A stretch of 64,000 nucleotides of DNA. Origin: Salpingoeca rosetta (Eukaryota > Protista > Choanoflagellata). The stretch covers positions 305,970 through 369,969 of the forward strand of contig JAWQFM010000032.1 in assembly GCA_033442325.1 (NCBI GenBank), in the 5' to 3' direction. The notes beneath the pieces are model-generated. The model was given only the letters and a program-made list of their open reading frames with translations. It was not told the DNA's origin and made no database searches. This document shows, one piece after another, positions 32,952-64,000 of this stretch (position 1 is the stretch's first letter; the number at the start of each line of letters is the position of its first letter). Position numbers and translations under genes: made by a program.

Positions 32952-35900
32952 TTGTTGTTGTTGTTGTTGTTGTTGGTGCAGAGGGTGAGGGATACGCGTT
33001 CAGCAAGTCAGCAACCGCAAACGCGAAGCAGCAAAGCATCACAGGCGTGCGTGTGTGTCTCCATCGTAACATAACACTATCATCATGCGTACCAAGTGCA
33101 AGGGCACACGACTCCCTAACGCGCCATTGGCGGGCGGTGATGTGCGCATTCAGCTCCTATCGTCACAGTGTTGAAGAGTGTGGCAATGTGGTGTGAGGAG
33201 GGAAACATGCATTCATGAAATAGCAAGTGACAGGAGTGGTGGTGAGGTGTTGACGTGAAAGCGGTCAAAGACACAAACAAACACCTTGACGATGGGGATG
33301 AAGTGTTGGTCCACAGTCTTGACCGGGTCCGTGACGAGCGTCGACCAGATGTTCGTCATTGCCGATCGCGTCGACGCATTGGGGTCAAACTTGTACCTGC
33401 AGCGCGCACACGTGCACACGGGCGAACACGCACAGTCAGGGCAGTGGAGGGTGTTGTTGGTGCTGTTGACGAGACGATATACCAAAACCAAGAAATACCC
33501 ATAACCTCACAAGCATATCATGTGGAGCAAGTTACATAGCGGACACACACACACACACACACAGACACACAGACACACACACACAGACACACACGTTCAC
33601 ACACACACACACAGACACAGACACAGACACACACACACACACGTTCACACAGACACTAATCAAGTACCCCTGTCCTCCCCCCCCTGGTTCACCTGTAGAG
33701 CTTCGGAAGGACAGCGTCAAGTTTGTCGTCGATGGTGATGCCCGTGTGTTTGGCGATGCGCCCAAACCCATACGCAGCGCCGCGCCGACTGTTCCAAAGG
33801 ACGTTGTGGTTCGCCAGGCTCATGAACCTTGCCATACACCATTGGAGGGAAGGGTGAGATATCGAAGGAGACAGTGGTCCATGTATGTGCACAAAAGCGT
33901 GTGTGTCTGTCTTGTCAGGAGCGTCCGTGTGAAACTGCACAGATAACACATTCACACTCGCATGAACAAACGCACACAGACACAGACACAGACACAGACA
34001 CCCACCCACCCACCTGTAGATGAGGTCTGGCTGGTTGAGATCAGAGGCGAGCGACGAGATGTCCTTGTACGTCGTCAGCGACGCCCCTTCGCGCGTGCGT
34101 CCAAGCTCGCCCTCTCCAAACACGGTGTCCTCGGAGCCGGCAGCATACTTGTGTGCCTGCACGCAATAACAGCAACAACAGCAGCAGGACATATGAGTGT
34201 GCGAGTGTGTGTGTGTGTGTGCGTGTGTGCGAGTGTGTGTGTGTGAGTGTGTGAGTTGACGCACGCACGCTGTTTCAACTGCAAAGTGCAACAACAGCAC
34301 AGCCAGTACACAAGCAACTCACCGCGGACTTATGGCCCTGTGACAGTGCGGACGTGAGGGCCTGCACAAGCTTTGCCTTTGTCTCCTCTGTGCCCAAATC
34401 GTAACACATCTCCAATCCGTGCGACGCAACCTCCTGCCAAACGTTCCCAGCGCATGCATGTGCGCGTGTGAGTGAGTGAGTGAGTGAGTGAGTGAGTGAG
34501 TGAGTGAGTGAGTGAGTGAGTGAGTGAGTGAGTGAGTGAGTGAGTGAGTGAGTGAGTGAGTGAGTGAGTGAGTGAGTGAGTGAATGAGTGAGTGAGTGAG
34601 TGAGTGAGTGAGTGAATGAGTGAGCGAGTGCACATGAAAAAGTATGTAGAGTTGTGCCACTAACGCGACAACAAGCAGGATGCAACGGCAGTGGTGTGCT
34701 GGTGGTCACCTGCACAATGGCGTCGCCCTCGGAGAGAAGGTCGAAGAAACAGCGCTGGAGGCGTGGCAGCCGCTCTTGGATCGCTGGTGAGGATAACAAT
34801 GATGATGGTGATGATGGTGTTGGCAACGAAATGTCATGGCGTCATGATGGTGGCGATGAGGATGAGTGTCTGCAAGAAAATGAGGTGATCCATAACACAC
34901 TCACACACATCCACACACTCACATCCACACAGACATCCGCCCACACAAACACACACACATGTGCACCTGATGTGTGGGAGCAATTCTTGCAGAGGCCGAC
35001 GAGCCAGACGCCCGCAGCGTGACGCGTCGCCGCACTCCTGTCCGTCGATCTGGGGATGACGCGTTGAACCGGAGCAGCGGGCATCGTCATGAAACGTGAA
35101 TGGGCAGCGCAAACACACACACACACACACACACAGAGAAAAAAAAAGAGAGAGACACACACATACACACAGAAACAAGCAAGACACACACACACACACA
35201 CACAAACAAGCAAGAGACAAGCGTACTCATTCACCCACACAAATGCACGAGGCATATAATGCGTGTACACAATGTCTCACTTGTGATCGAGGATAGTGTC
35301 AACGCCTCGTCCAAGCCGAGCCATGAGCTCGTCCTCACTCGGCTCTCGCACCGTAACAACTTGACCATCACCATCACCATCACCTTCACTGTTACTATCA
35401 CCTCTCTGTTCGCCACCATCGGCGCGTTCATCTGCCGCGCTGTCGTGCCCGTGACCCTCTGTGGCCCCTTCAAACATGAGTGGTGTCACAATCTCCTCCC
35501 TGAAGTAGTTGTGGGAGCGGATGGACAGTCCACCTGCCAGCGCCGTCGAAATTGCATCGCCCGCAGACAGATTCATCTCTGCATGCAGGGTCACAGTGAT
35601 GCGCATGTGTGAGTGGCATGGGTGTGCGTTGTTTCCCAGTGCAGGTGGGGGCAATGCGAAAGTATGGCAGGTGAGTGAGCTCTAACACAGCAACGAGTGA
35701 GTTCAGGAGGGGCAAAGCCTCACACACATACACCACACACACACACATACGCACGCACGCACGCACACACACACACCAAAGACGCGATAGTGGGCTGTTT
35801 CGTAGATTGCATCCAGTGCTGTCGTGTACAAGTCTGCCTTGTCCTCAGCGCCTTCCTTGCCCTCACCACTCCTTTCGTCAACTGCTTGTGCAAGCGATAG

Positions 35901-37224
35901 GGTGGATGTGAACGTGTGAGCAACGAACGGCACTCGGGCAGTTTGGTGGCACGGCTTCAACACAGCCAGAATAGAACCATGTGGTCAACGCACATCGCCG
36001 TGGACACGTCAGACGTCATGAACACAGCCAACACCAGCGAGCAGCAGCACACACACGAACACCAACAACAGTGGAGCACAGAACTACGTACAGCAGGCGA
36101 AGGACTGAGCGAGGTGGCCGATGGCGATGACGGCTGCCTCCGCCATTGCGCCCCCACCGCGCTTCTCCTGAAAATTCATAAGTGCATGCAAGCAAGGGGA
36201 GTCAGGTGAAACAAGAAGTGGATGCACGTTTTGAGGAGATGACAAGGGCGCAAGACACACAGGTGCAAAGATACACACGCACACACACACACACACACAC
36301 ACGCACACACACGCACACACACATACTCAGACACACGTACACATCAGCGCAAAAGCACACCTTCTTCACAGTCTTGTCTGGACGACAAAAGCGCTGAAGT
36401 GTCGAGAGCAGCTCAGAAAAGTCACACACTGAAAAGTTATAGCGTGCAATGTGAGAAAACGTCGGAAGTCGTGCAGAGTGCGTGGTTGTGGGAGGTACAC
36501 GCACGTCAAGCACACGCACACACACATGCACACACACACACACATGCACACACACACCTGTGGGCGGGAGGATGTGTGCGAGCGCAACATCGGAGATGGC
36601 GTGGCAGGCGGCAAGGCGCATCTCCTGCCGTGCGAGCGCGAGCAAATGCTTGCAGGCAGACATAAATGCCTTGATCAGGCGGCCGTCAGCCAGTTGTTGC
36701 GTGGGCAGCGCGGCCAACGCGTGCGCGGCGACATAGGCGCTTCCAAATGCATGTGCAGCCCCGCCAACGTCGTCACTGAAGAGATAACGCGGAGTTACGA
36801 AGCAGAACGAAGGTGAGAGGGTGTGCATGTTGGTGAGTGCATGCGAGTGAGTGAGTGAGTGAGTGAGTGAGTGAGTGAGTGAGTGGGTGGGTGGGTGAGT
36901 GAGTGTGCATATGTGTGCGTGAGCAGGGAAGCAAGGTACTCGTGATTGCTCACCCGGCAGCAGTCATTGCCTGCAGGCAACGCGAGAGGGTCGGCTCTCG
37001 GTGGTTTTCCACAAACACCGCACAGATGGCGAGTAGCCTGCGCGAATGGATACAGCCACCACGGTGTTGAGCGAGGACACGTGGAATCATCATCAGCACG
37101 CACGTGGATGGGGCAGTATCGATGGTTGTGTGGACAAACAATCAACAGATCAAGCAAGCAGAAGAAGCAAGGAAACAAACACAACGGCAAGCAGTTAAAG
37201 CCAACGAAGCGAGCAGACAAAAAT

Positions 37225-37259
<35 letters not shown>

Positions 37260-37260
37260 G

Positions 37261-37336
<76 letters not shown>

Positions 37337-38638
37337 TGCGCCATACTTTGCGGATGATGTGCTGATGGCGCGCTGCGGCGCTGAGAGGTTCGTGAAGAGA
37401 CGAGAGAGGATGGGCACGATGCTTGCACACACCACGTCCGGTAGCACGCTCGCCATCTCGAGCAGACAGTGCAGTGCCGTGGCATGCAGGTCATCGAGCG
37501 ACGTGGATTGCAGCGCCAGCATTGCCATGAAGAAGAGCTGTGCTGCCGGGTGATCGTCGTGCTGAGTCAGCAGATTCTCGGGTGCACGTGCCAGCGGAGG
37601 GGCAGCAGACAGCACAGCGGATGTTGTAGACGCCTCAGATGCCTCTGTCGTCCTCGTTGGTGCTGCGTCCGTGGTCGCCTTGTCTTGAGCACCACCGCCG
37701 CGACCACCGCGACCACCGCGACCACCGCGACCATCACCACCATCACCACCATCACCACTGCCTTCGTGTGAGGAGAGGAGGGCGTGTCGCAGTCGCAGAA
37801 GCCGGTCCTTTGTGGACCCGTACTTGGCAATGTACTCTTCCTCGTCACGCGTGGCGGTCGCGTGTGCATGCAGGCAACGGAAGGCAAAGAGAAGGCCATT
37901 CTGGATGACGCCCTGCTTGTACGGAAGCTCGTGTGACACGAGCCCAGGCGTGCCGTCCGCACGTCGCTTGCGTATCGCGCCAAGAAACTTGCTTGCAAGC
38001 ATGGACGCCACTTCAGCAAAGTCGGGAACAACAAGCTCGCCATCGCCTTCTTCTTCCTGCTGCTCTGCGGGTAACGGCGAGGGTGAGAGAGGAGACGGTG
38101 TGCTCTCAGTTGCAGCAGTGGTGGTTGCTGGAGCTGCCTCACTCGCTTGGGCGTTCTCGCCACCTGCTGTCGTCTCCTTTGTCTGCTCAGTTGCCGCTCC
38201 CTTCGGCTCGGCACCATCCCGCTGCGTGCTTTCCTCCTTTGTCCTGGCTTTGCTCACCGCTGCCCGGCGTTTTGGTTTGCCTGCAAGCATGAGCGCTGCC
38301 TGTGCCTCTGCGCGAATGTCCTGCTGCTGGTCTGCGGAGGCGAGGATGAGGACGAACCGGGACGAGACATGGTCGGGCGGAAACACATCGACTGCATAGC
38401 GCACAGCCATTGTGCGCACCGCCGACTGCGTGTGCACGACGTGCTCAAGCAGCAGGTTGACGAGGCGGCGTGCGTTGTCCCCGCTCACGCCTGGCGTGTG
38501 TGCGTATGTGTGCGTATGTGTGTGTGTGTGTGTGTGAGTGTGTGAGTGTGTGTGTATGTGAAAAAGTTGCGTGCCTCACCTTCTTTGGTTGACTCGGATA
38601 AATTCAACATGCACACATCGGGCTCTCTCACTCTCACT

Positions 38639-38677
<39 letters not shown>

Positions 38678-39514
38678 CTCACCGATGTAGCACTCCTTCA
38701 TAAGGGCGAGCGCTTCCTGAAGATGCCTGCAGGCGCCACAACATTCGGGGAGTGTTGCGTGAGTGCACAATGAGGTGCACCAAAACAAGATGCAACACGC
38801 ACCTTCAACACACACACGCACACACACACACACAAACCGCATATACACGGTCGCATGAAACTAGGCACGAGTGTACAACTCCCTCATCATTCACGCTCAA
38901 CTAGTTCAAGCATGTGGACAAGCACTCACAAGACAAGGTTGCCAGCGGCGCCTGCGCAGCGCTGGAAGAGCTTGCGCAAGAGCGCAACATCGTCACGCAC
39001 ACGCACGCGCATTGCATCAGACTTGCGGGCCAGCAGGCCAAGGTTGTGGTAGGCGTGGCCATAAACTTCAAGCGTGTTGCTGTACACGTGTGCATTTGTG
39101 TGAGCGAGGGATGCGAAGGTTTTACGGGCAAATTATGGAGTGTGATTGTGATGTGTATGTGTGTGTGTGTGTCGTGGGCGAGAGTGAGCGAGCGATGTAA
39201 AACGACACAGAGGCGTACAGCAACGTATATGCACAGACAAACAGACAGAGACAGGCAGAGAGAGAGAGAGAGACAGAGAGAGAGACAGAGAGACAGAGAG
39301 AGACAGAGAGAGAGACAGAGAGAGAGACAGAGAGACAGAGAGAGACAGAGAGACGNNNNNNNNNNNNNNNNNNNNNNNNNNNNNNNNNNNNNNNNNNNNN
39401 NNNNNNNNNNNNNNNNNNNNNNNNNNNNNNNNNNNNNNNNNNNNNNNNNNNNNNNGCTTAAGAAAATAGCAAAAATAAATAAATTAAATAAAAGATACAC
39501 AGAGATATATAGAT

Positions 39515-39565
<51 letters not shown>

Positions 39566-40021
39566 GACAGAGAGAGAGAGAGAGACAGACACACACACAC
39601 ACACACACGGACACAGCCCTTCCCCACCCAACAGCCGCTGGTGTCGCACCTTGGGTCGTCGACGAGCTTGAGCGTGCGGTCAAAGAGGAGCGGGCAGAGC
39701 GGAGCAATCTGCTGCTGGGGCGAAAAGTGGAGCATGCGGCCCATCAGCTGTAGGCCAAGCGACCGGAGCCTGCAGGCAATTTGAAATGTGCGTTTGTGAG
39801 TGTGTGTGCGGGGGCGGGGGACAGTGGCAGGTACGGCGCAGGGTGGAGAATGAGGGGAGAGAGAGAGAGAGAGAGAGAGGCCAGTTGGTGAGAAACAGGG
39901 AACACACAGGCGCGTTTACGTATTCAGACGCGCATACATGCAGACACACACACACGTACACAGAGACACACGTACACACACGTACACACACACACACGTT
40001 TACACACACGTATACACATAC

Positions 40022-40073
<52 letters not shown>

Positions 40074-40676
40074 CCCGCCCACCTGGCATCGCCGGCGTTG
40101 TCGTAGATGCAGCTGAAGACACACGCGAGACACGCGGGGACGGCTTTCGGCGCAGCAACAGAGCGCACCAGGCGGGCTGCAATAGCACTGCGCGCGCGTG
40201 CGCTCATGAGTGTGCGGCGCGCGTCCACAGGCAACGCCTTCTGCGCAGGGGACGACGGCGACAGCGTGAAGTATTGCATAATGCTGACCACGGTTGGAGG
40301 GTCATTGAGGTCCACGCCCACACGCCGCATGCCCAGGACGGCGCGATCTGCAATGTCGCTGTTCGGGTCGCCAGCTGCTGTCATCAGGGCCACGGCCACG
40401 TCACGCGCATGGAAGGTCTTTGGCTGCGACAACACATCCACAACGGCCAGCTTGAGTGCGTGCACGTCCTCACGCGTCGGGCAGCGGAACACCGCACCCT
40501 TCTGATCAACGAGTGCGAGGAGTCGAGTGCGACTGAGACCGGGTGGCGGTGGGGGCAGCGCCGTGCTGCCCTCCTGTTGCGGATGAATCAGCTGCAGTGC
40601 AGCGGTGTTGAGCAGGAGAAAGTCGCGCGCAAACTCAACGAGCTGTTGCCGCCGTCGCTGTACCGTGGGCCCATCT

Positions 40677-40707
<31 letters not shown>

Positions 40708-40915
40708 CAGTGGGGGGTGATGGTGCTGTCTTGTCCTTATCGCTGCTTGTGCCTGCGGCGTGTGTAGTGGCACTTGCACATCCAAGATGCTCCAGCACGT
40801 TCTAAGTGCGGTGTGTGGGATCGTGGGTGGGAGCAGCACGTGAGGTTCTTGGTATTGTGCCATTCGGGCTGATGCCGCGTCGGTGACCCACACACCCACA
40901 CACGCATACACACAT

Positions 40916-40951
<36 letters not shown>

Positions 40952-42036
40952 ACACCCACACACACACACACACACACGCATACACCCACACACACACACA
41001 CGCATACACACACACACACACACGCGCGCGCGCATACACACCCACATGCACACCTCTGGCTTAATGCCCTTGATGAGGAGTGGCAGTGCTGGGATGACGT
41101 GCCGGTACACCAGCGCCGGATCCGGGCTGCAATTCAGCAGCGGATGATGGTGGTGGGTAGGTGAGATGTAAGGGCATGCATGCGCGAAGCATCAAAGTGA
41201 GGAAGCGCAGAGTAAACGTACGCAGATACAGACACAGACACAGACACACACATCCACACACGCACAGACATGGACATGCACACACACGCACACAGACACA
41301 CACGCACCAGTGCTCGATGTTGTGGAGGAGGGTGAGGAGGCCGGTGCATAGGTCGTCATCGGGCAGGCGCGACAGCCCCATCGTCAGGTAGATACGCGTG
41401 AACTTCTTGACGGAGCCAGACACGTCCTTGTTGATGTACTGCTGGATGAGCGGTGTCACCGGCAATTGCATCGCTGATCGGGACCCGAGGATCTGCGGCG
41501 CGTACAACATGAGGTGTGCAGGTTCGAGTGATGCGAATGAGCTCTTCAACGTGCTTATCTACGCTTGTCCAAGGGCACGACAGGGTCACGCACACGCATG
41601 TGCACAGCCCGCGTACCTTGTTGATGTGCGTGAGCACCTGCATGAGCTTGGCGCGGACGCTTTGGTGTGGACTGCTGAACTTGAGCAGCATTGGGCACAG
41701 CAGGTTGCGCACATTCTGCTCCAGCTGTGGGTATACGTGGATGAGTGTGAATGTGGACGAGTGCGTGTGGATGAGTATGTGTGTGTCGGTGCGAGCGTAT
41801 TGTGTGTGCGCAGGCTGAACAGCCACCGCAACTGCAATATCAGCAGTAAACTTACGGCCTCGTCTGTCGCTGCGGTCGCAAAGCGCATCAGCACACGGTC
41901 CAGCAACTCTGTGTCGTGTCAAGCAAGCAAGCGAGGCGGAAGGTGCAGCAGCAGTAGTTGAGCAGCATCCGCACATCACCGCGATTACACAAAACAAACA
42001 AACACACGCACAAAACACACACGCACACACACATTA

Positions 42037-42095
<59 letters not shown>

Positions 42096-42142
42096 CATAA
42101 GCCACACGTACCTGCATCTTGCTGTTCGCTGGCGTCGGCCAT
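26689..42142 (-). CDS. ECM29: Proteasome adapter and scaffold protein ECM29 (HEAT repeats); roughly 30 or more exons
   Basis: N-terminal [42 protein letters not shown] and [13 protein letters not shown]; central [44 protein letters not shown] and LPKLYRYKFDPN; later [28 protein letters not shown]. The exact C-terminus is inferred from the ORF ending at 26689. Confidence 0.93.
27068..27245. repeat. (CATA/CATG)n tetranucleotide array in an ECM29 intron
   Basis: Seen directly. Confidence 0.85.
34468..34625. repeat. (GAGT)n array, i.e. (TCAC)n on the ECM29 sense strand
   Basis: About 38 units; similar arrays at 21655-21676, 30349-30482 and 36845-36903. Confidence 0.92.
39241..39590. repeat. (GA/GACA)n tracts flanking gap 39356-39455
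   Basis: Seen directly. Confidence 0.85.
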
Positions 42143-42321
42143 TCTCGTTGTTGGATGGGGTGATGTGAAGGAAAGGCGGAGGTGGGATCAATGCACAAGG
42201 AAGTGTGAGGTTGCTGCGGATGTGTCAGCAGGTTGGAAAGCAGTTGGAGCAAGAGCAAATTGTGCGACTACATAATATATGATGTCGCATTTCCGTTCAG
42301 TAACGATAACCGCACAACAAC
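42143..42321. promoter_or_regulatory. Putative bidirectional promoter between ECM29 and the MORN gene
   Basis: Divergent ATGs 179 bp apart; imperfect palindrome at 42263-42289. Confidence 0.5.
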
Positions 42322-42606
42322 ATGGCTGACAAGAGCGAGGAGCACCACCACGGCCCACCGGCAGGCGACGACTGGGGTGACGACCAGTCTGCACGCCTGC
42401 GCGACGCAGGCTACAAGAGTGAGTGGCGGTGGATGTGGTTGCTTACAGATAGTGTGTAGGCGGGTGTTTGCGAGGTGAAGAATCGCGGTGAAAGTAACGC
42501 AATTACCAATGTACCCGACAGGTGTTGTTGTCGTCGGAGTTGTTGTGTTCACTGTGTTTGTTCGTGTTTGCGCTTGCGTGTTTGTGCTTGCGTGTTTGCG
42601 CTTGCG

Positions 42607-42663
<57 letters not shown>

Positions 42664-43413
42664 CGTTGGATAAAGCTCACACAACGGCACATGGTTGGCT
42701 CTGGTGTCTTGTAGTTGTTCGCTTTGGTGGACCAGGCATCATCTACGTCGGCCAAGTGGACTACGACGACAAGCCAGATGGTGTGTGTGTGTGTGTGTGG
42801 GGTTGGTTCCGGTGGTGGTGTTGGTCGTTATGTGTGCACGCTTTCAGTCTCATCGCCTCTCCACCTGCCTTGTCTGTCTTCTCCACGTGTTGCTGCAATT
42901 TTCACAGGGACGGGCTTCATGTTTCTTCCCAATGGCGACATCCATCAGTGTGAGTTCCGCAACGGGCGCGCAGACGGCAAAGGCATCTACATGACCAGTA
43001 AAGGCACCGAAATGGCAGGTGAGCCACCTTCCTTTGCGCGTTGTGTGCGTGTGTTGTGATGTGTGTGCGTGTGTGTGCGTGCGTACTTGTGTGTGCGTGC
43101 ATGCGTATGTGTTGTGGTGTGTGCGGGTGTGTGTGCGGGTGTGTGTGCGCGTGCGTGTGCGTGGTTGTGCGTTTGTGCGTGTGTGCGCGCGTGTTTGTGG
43201 TTGCTCGCATGCCTTTTTCTTGCCTCGTTCATAGCAGCAGCAGCAGCAGCACTCAGCCGTCTTGTCTTGACATCCCTTGCAGGGGAGTGGCGCATGAACA
43301 TGCGTGTTGGCGAGTTCAAGATCGTCGACGGCAAGGGCGTGCACTGGCTCGAGCGCTACAACGACGAAGGCAAGAAAACGGCTCGCAAGAAGGTGATCAA
43401 TGCAAGCGTCTGA
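42322..43413 (+). CDS. Small MORN-repeat protein; 4 exons, may continue into gap 43544-43960
   Basis: [14 protein letters not shown]|[37 protein letters not shown]|[11 protein letters not shown] fits the MORN pattern YxGxFxxGxxxGxG. Confidence 0.75.
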
Positions 43414-43459
43414 CATGACGTGCAGTGTGTCAAACACGAGGCGCACCTATCATCGTGCC

Positions 43460-43543
<84 letters not shown>

Positions 43544-44187
43544 NNNNNNNNNNNNNNNNNNNNNNNNNNNNNNNNNNNNNNNNNNNNNNNNNNNNNNNNN
43601 NNNNNNNNNNNNNNNNNNNNNNNNNNNNNNNNNNNNNNNNNNNNNNNNNNNNNNNNNNNNNNNNNNNNNNNNNNNNNNNNNNNNNNNNNNNNNNNNNNNN
43701 NNNNNNNNNNNNNNNNNNNNNNNNNNNNNNNNNNNNNNNNNNNNNNNNNNNNNNNNNNNNNNNNNNNNNNNNNNNNNNNNNNNNNNNNNNNNNNNNNNNN
43801 NNNNNNNNNNNNNNNNNNNNNNNNNNNNNNNNNNNNNNNNNNNNNNNNNNNNNNNNNNNNNNNNNNNNNNNNNNNNNNNNNNNNNNNNNNNNNNNNNNNN
43901 NNNNNNNNNNNNNNNNNNNNNNNNNNNNNNNNNNNNNNNNNNNNNNNNNNNNNNNNNNNNTACAGCAAGCAAGCACACAAGCAAAAGGCAAAGCAATCAA
44001 AACAAGGCGAAAAGCAAGCCATTGGTCCAACGCAGTGCGCTGTCATCATCATCGATTCAAAAACGCCAAGTTGTCCTCCCCAGCCAGCATTGACCACGGA
44101 CACTGATTGACTGGCCAACCAACCAGCACGCCCTCTCTTCTTGTCGTCCATCCACCCCACTCTCGGTCTGCGCACCCCGTCACGCAC

Positions 44188-60966
<16,779 letters not shown>

Positions 60967-61624
60967 TACCCAATGACTCACTGAGTTTGCATTGACAAGA
61001 AGTTGTGTAAATGTAGCCACCTGTGACTTTTGTTCCTCTCCGCCACAAATACACGCACGGCATCACAATGACGATCAATCTGTTTCTGTGTCATTCATTC
61101 CACTTGCTTGAATAAAGCAGGATGCCATCATGGTCCTCACATTAATGTTCGGTTTGATCATTGTATTGAGAGGCAACAACGAACCAAAGGAGAAGGGTTG
61201 CGAGGCAGGACAAGCCGGGGAAACTCCCCAAACGCCGTTGCGGCGTGTCATTACGCAGAGGCAAATCGATACCACGGTAAGCCAACGCCATTACACACAG
61301 GGAGAGGGAGGGAGAGAGGTTCCCATGCACACGAGCGCACAAAGACACCGCCAGCGTCAAGTGCTCAGGAACACGAGCATGGATAAAAGACGTGTGAGCA
61401 CAATTTGAGCCCGCGGAGGCGACAACCCGTGGCACAGACCAAGAGAGACAGCAAGGGCCAAGTGGGTAATTAAGAACAAGGGAGGGGAGGGAGGATGATT
61501 CAAGGTGTCACAGATCAAAATGCAACCAGCGTTGGTGATGACAAAGCAACCTCATGACGACAAGCCAAGCAAGGTGTCAGAGAACGACATCGAGCGAGCG
61601 AGCCATGTTGAGAAGGTGAGACGC

Positions 61625-62254
<630 letters not shown>

Positions 62255-62345
62255 TTAGCGCATCTCCAAATCGCAATTGGCGCTGAATCCACACAATAAA
62301 AAATAATGTTCGTTATTCTGCACCCTTGAAAAAGACATTGATTCA

Positions 62346-62543
<198 letters not shown>

Positions 62544-63090
62544 TTAAGTTTGGGAGGTGGTGAGGTGACGAGCGAGGGAGGGGGTCCTGGTTTGCTTGCT
62601 TGCTTGCTTGGAGATGCGGATGATAAATGACAAGAAGAGGTGTGCGTGGTCGCACTTGTAACGGCGCGGTGCACATCTCAGGTTTCGCGCGAGAATCAGT
62701 TTGGCGGGAAAGCGGGGAATGTCGTGTTTGGTGGTGATTGTGCGCTTAGCGCATCTCCAAATCGCAATTGGCGCTGAATCCACACAATAAAAAATAATGT
62801 TCGTTATTCTGCACCCTTGAAAAAGACATTGATTCAGACATTGGCGAAAATTATGAAAAGCAGCGTTCGAACGAATCACCCGCCACAATTGCCGTTGCTT
62901 TGTGGCTGCGCGCCGCGCCGAAAAGCGCACACAGCAGCACTGCTGCCTGCCTTCCGTGGTTCAAGTGGCAGTTGGCGTGTGGTGGAGTTCATTTTCATCA
63001 GCTACTTCCACCAGCCTCTCCCACCAAGTCAAGCACATCCCCGCACCCCACGTCTTCGACGACTACCACTACCACAACCAACTCTCCAAG

Positions 63091-63462
63091 ATGCCACCCA
63101 AGGTTTCCAAGAAGGGCGAGAAGAAGGCAGGCAAGGCCAAGGCCGCCGCCGGTGAGGGCAAGCGCCGCAAGAAGCGCAAGGAGTCCTACAGCATCTACAT
63201 CTACAAGGTCCTGAAGCAGGTCCACCCCGACGTCGGCATCTCCTCCAAGGCCATGAGCATCCTCAACTCGTTTGTCAACGACATCTTCGAGCGCATCGCC
63301 AACGAGGCCTCCCGCCTGGCCAAGTACAACAACAAGTCCACCATCTCCTCCCGGGAGATCCAGACGGCCATCCGCCTGCTCCTCCCCGGTGAGCTTGCCA
63401 AGCACGCCGTCTCTGAGGGCACCAAGGCCGTCACCAAGTACACCTCCGCCGGTGGCAAGTAA
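63091..63462 (+). CDS. H2B: Histone H2B (intronless)
   Basis: [12 protein letters not shown]...[49 protein letters not shown]...[14 protein letters not shown]. Confidence 0.99.
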   Translation: MPPKVSKKGEKKAGKAKAAAGEGKRRKKRKESYSIYIYKVLKQVHPDVGISSKAMSILNSFVNDIFERIANEASRLAKYNNKSTISSREIQTAIRLLLPGELAKHAVSEGTKAVTKYTSAGGK

Positions 63463-64000
63463 ACGACGACGTCTTGCGACGCTTGTTGGATGGATCTCTT
63501 TCCATCTGCCTATGACATGGTGCACTTTGTTCCTGTCGTTCTCTCATTGTGATTGTGTTCCCTCCCCTCTCCTTTTTGAGCTGATGCTTCTCGGTGCTGC
63601 TGACTTTGTATGTGAGATGTCTTATCACTCTCCTGCGTTGTCTTTGATGGCGAGATTGCCCGACGCTTCCCTTCACTCTCCTTTTCCCCCAGTGTGCTCG
63701 GCCCTGTGTGTGCCTGAGCTCTTTTGTCTATTCCCTTGCCCGCCGCTTGTTTGAGAGCGTGTGTGCGTGCAACGCGTGCTACCTGCCTGGGTGAGCGCTC
63801 TTGCGGGAGAGTTGCCCGGTTTGCAATGCTTTTGTTTGGTGTGATGCGTGCGCATGGATCTCGACGTGTTTTTGCGCTTGCCCGTGCAGATGTTGCATGA
63901 GAGCGCGCAGCGTGCGAGTCTTTTATCCTCTTGAGTGTGCATGCATTTTCTTGGCAACTGCTACTGCAAACCACCTTTTTGTGCTTCTCTCTTCTTCAAG

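Noticed and set aside
42230-42321. RFX X-box upstream of the MORN gene
   Set aside because: GTTCAGTAACGATAAC is only a loose half-site match to GTNRCCATGGYAAC.

Overview
Eukaryotic, GC-rich, intron-dense DNA with (CA/GT)n microsatellites in most introns and five N-gaps. The style resembles a choanoflagellate such as Salpingoeca rosetta (inference, not a database match). Most entries in the six-frame track are microsatellite noise; the real genes were rebuilt by hand by joining GT-AG exons. In order: the 5' part of a Tyr-motif-rich gene running off the left edge (-), a CUE + RG + TROVE-like/vWA protein (-) head-to-head with PYM1/WIBG (+), a divergent forkhead-type factor (-), BAG1 (-) head-to-head with an AIM24-family gene (+), a secreted single-exon beta-propeller (-), mitochondrial NAD(P) transhydrogenase NNT (-), ECM29 (-) head-to-head with a MORN protein (+), a large DUF4062-NACHT-WD40 gene (TEP1/NWD-like, +), and a divergent histone H3 (-)/H2B (+) pair. 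The most interesting signals are: strand-polarised, mutually complementary intronic repeats (GU near donors, CA near acceptors, sense-only UCAC arrays); the Ro60/TEP1-like module genes; the forkhead with an altered recognition helix; and an H3 with Thr10. Two short tandem duplications look like assembly artefacts.
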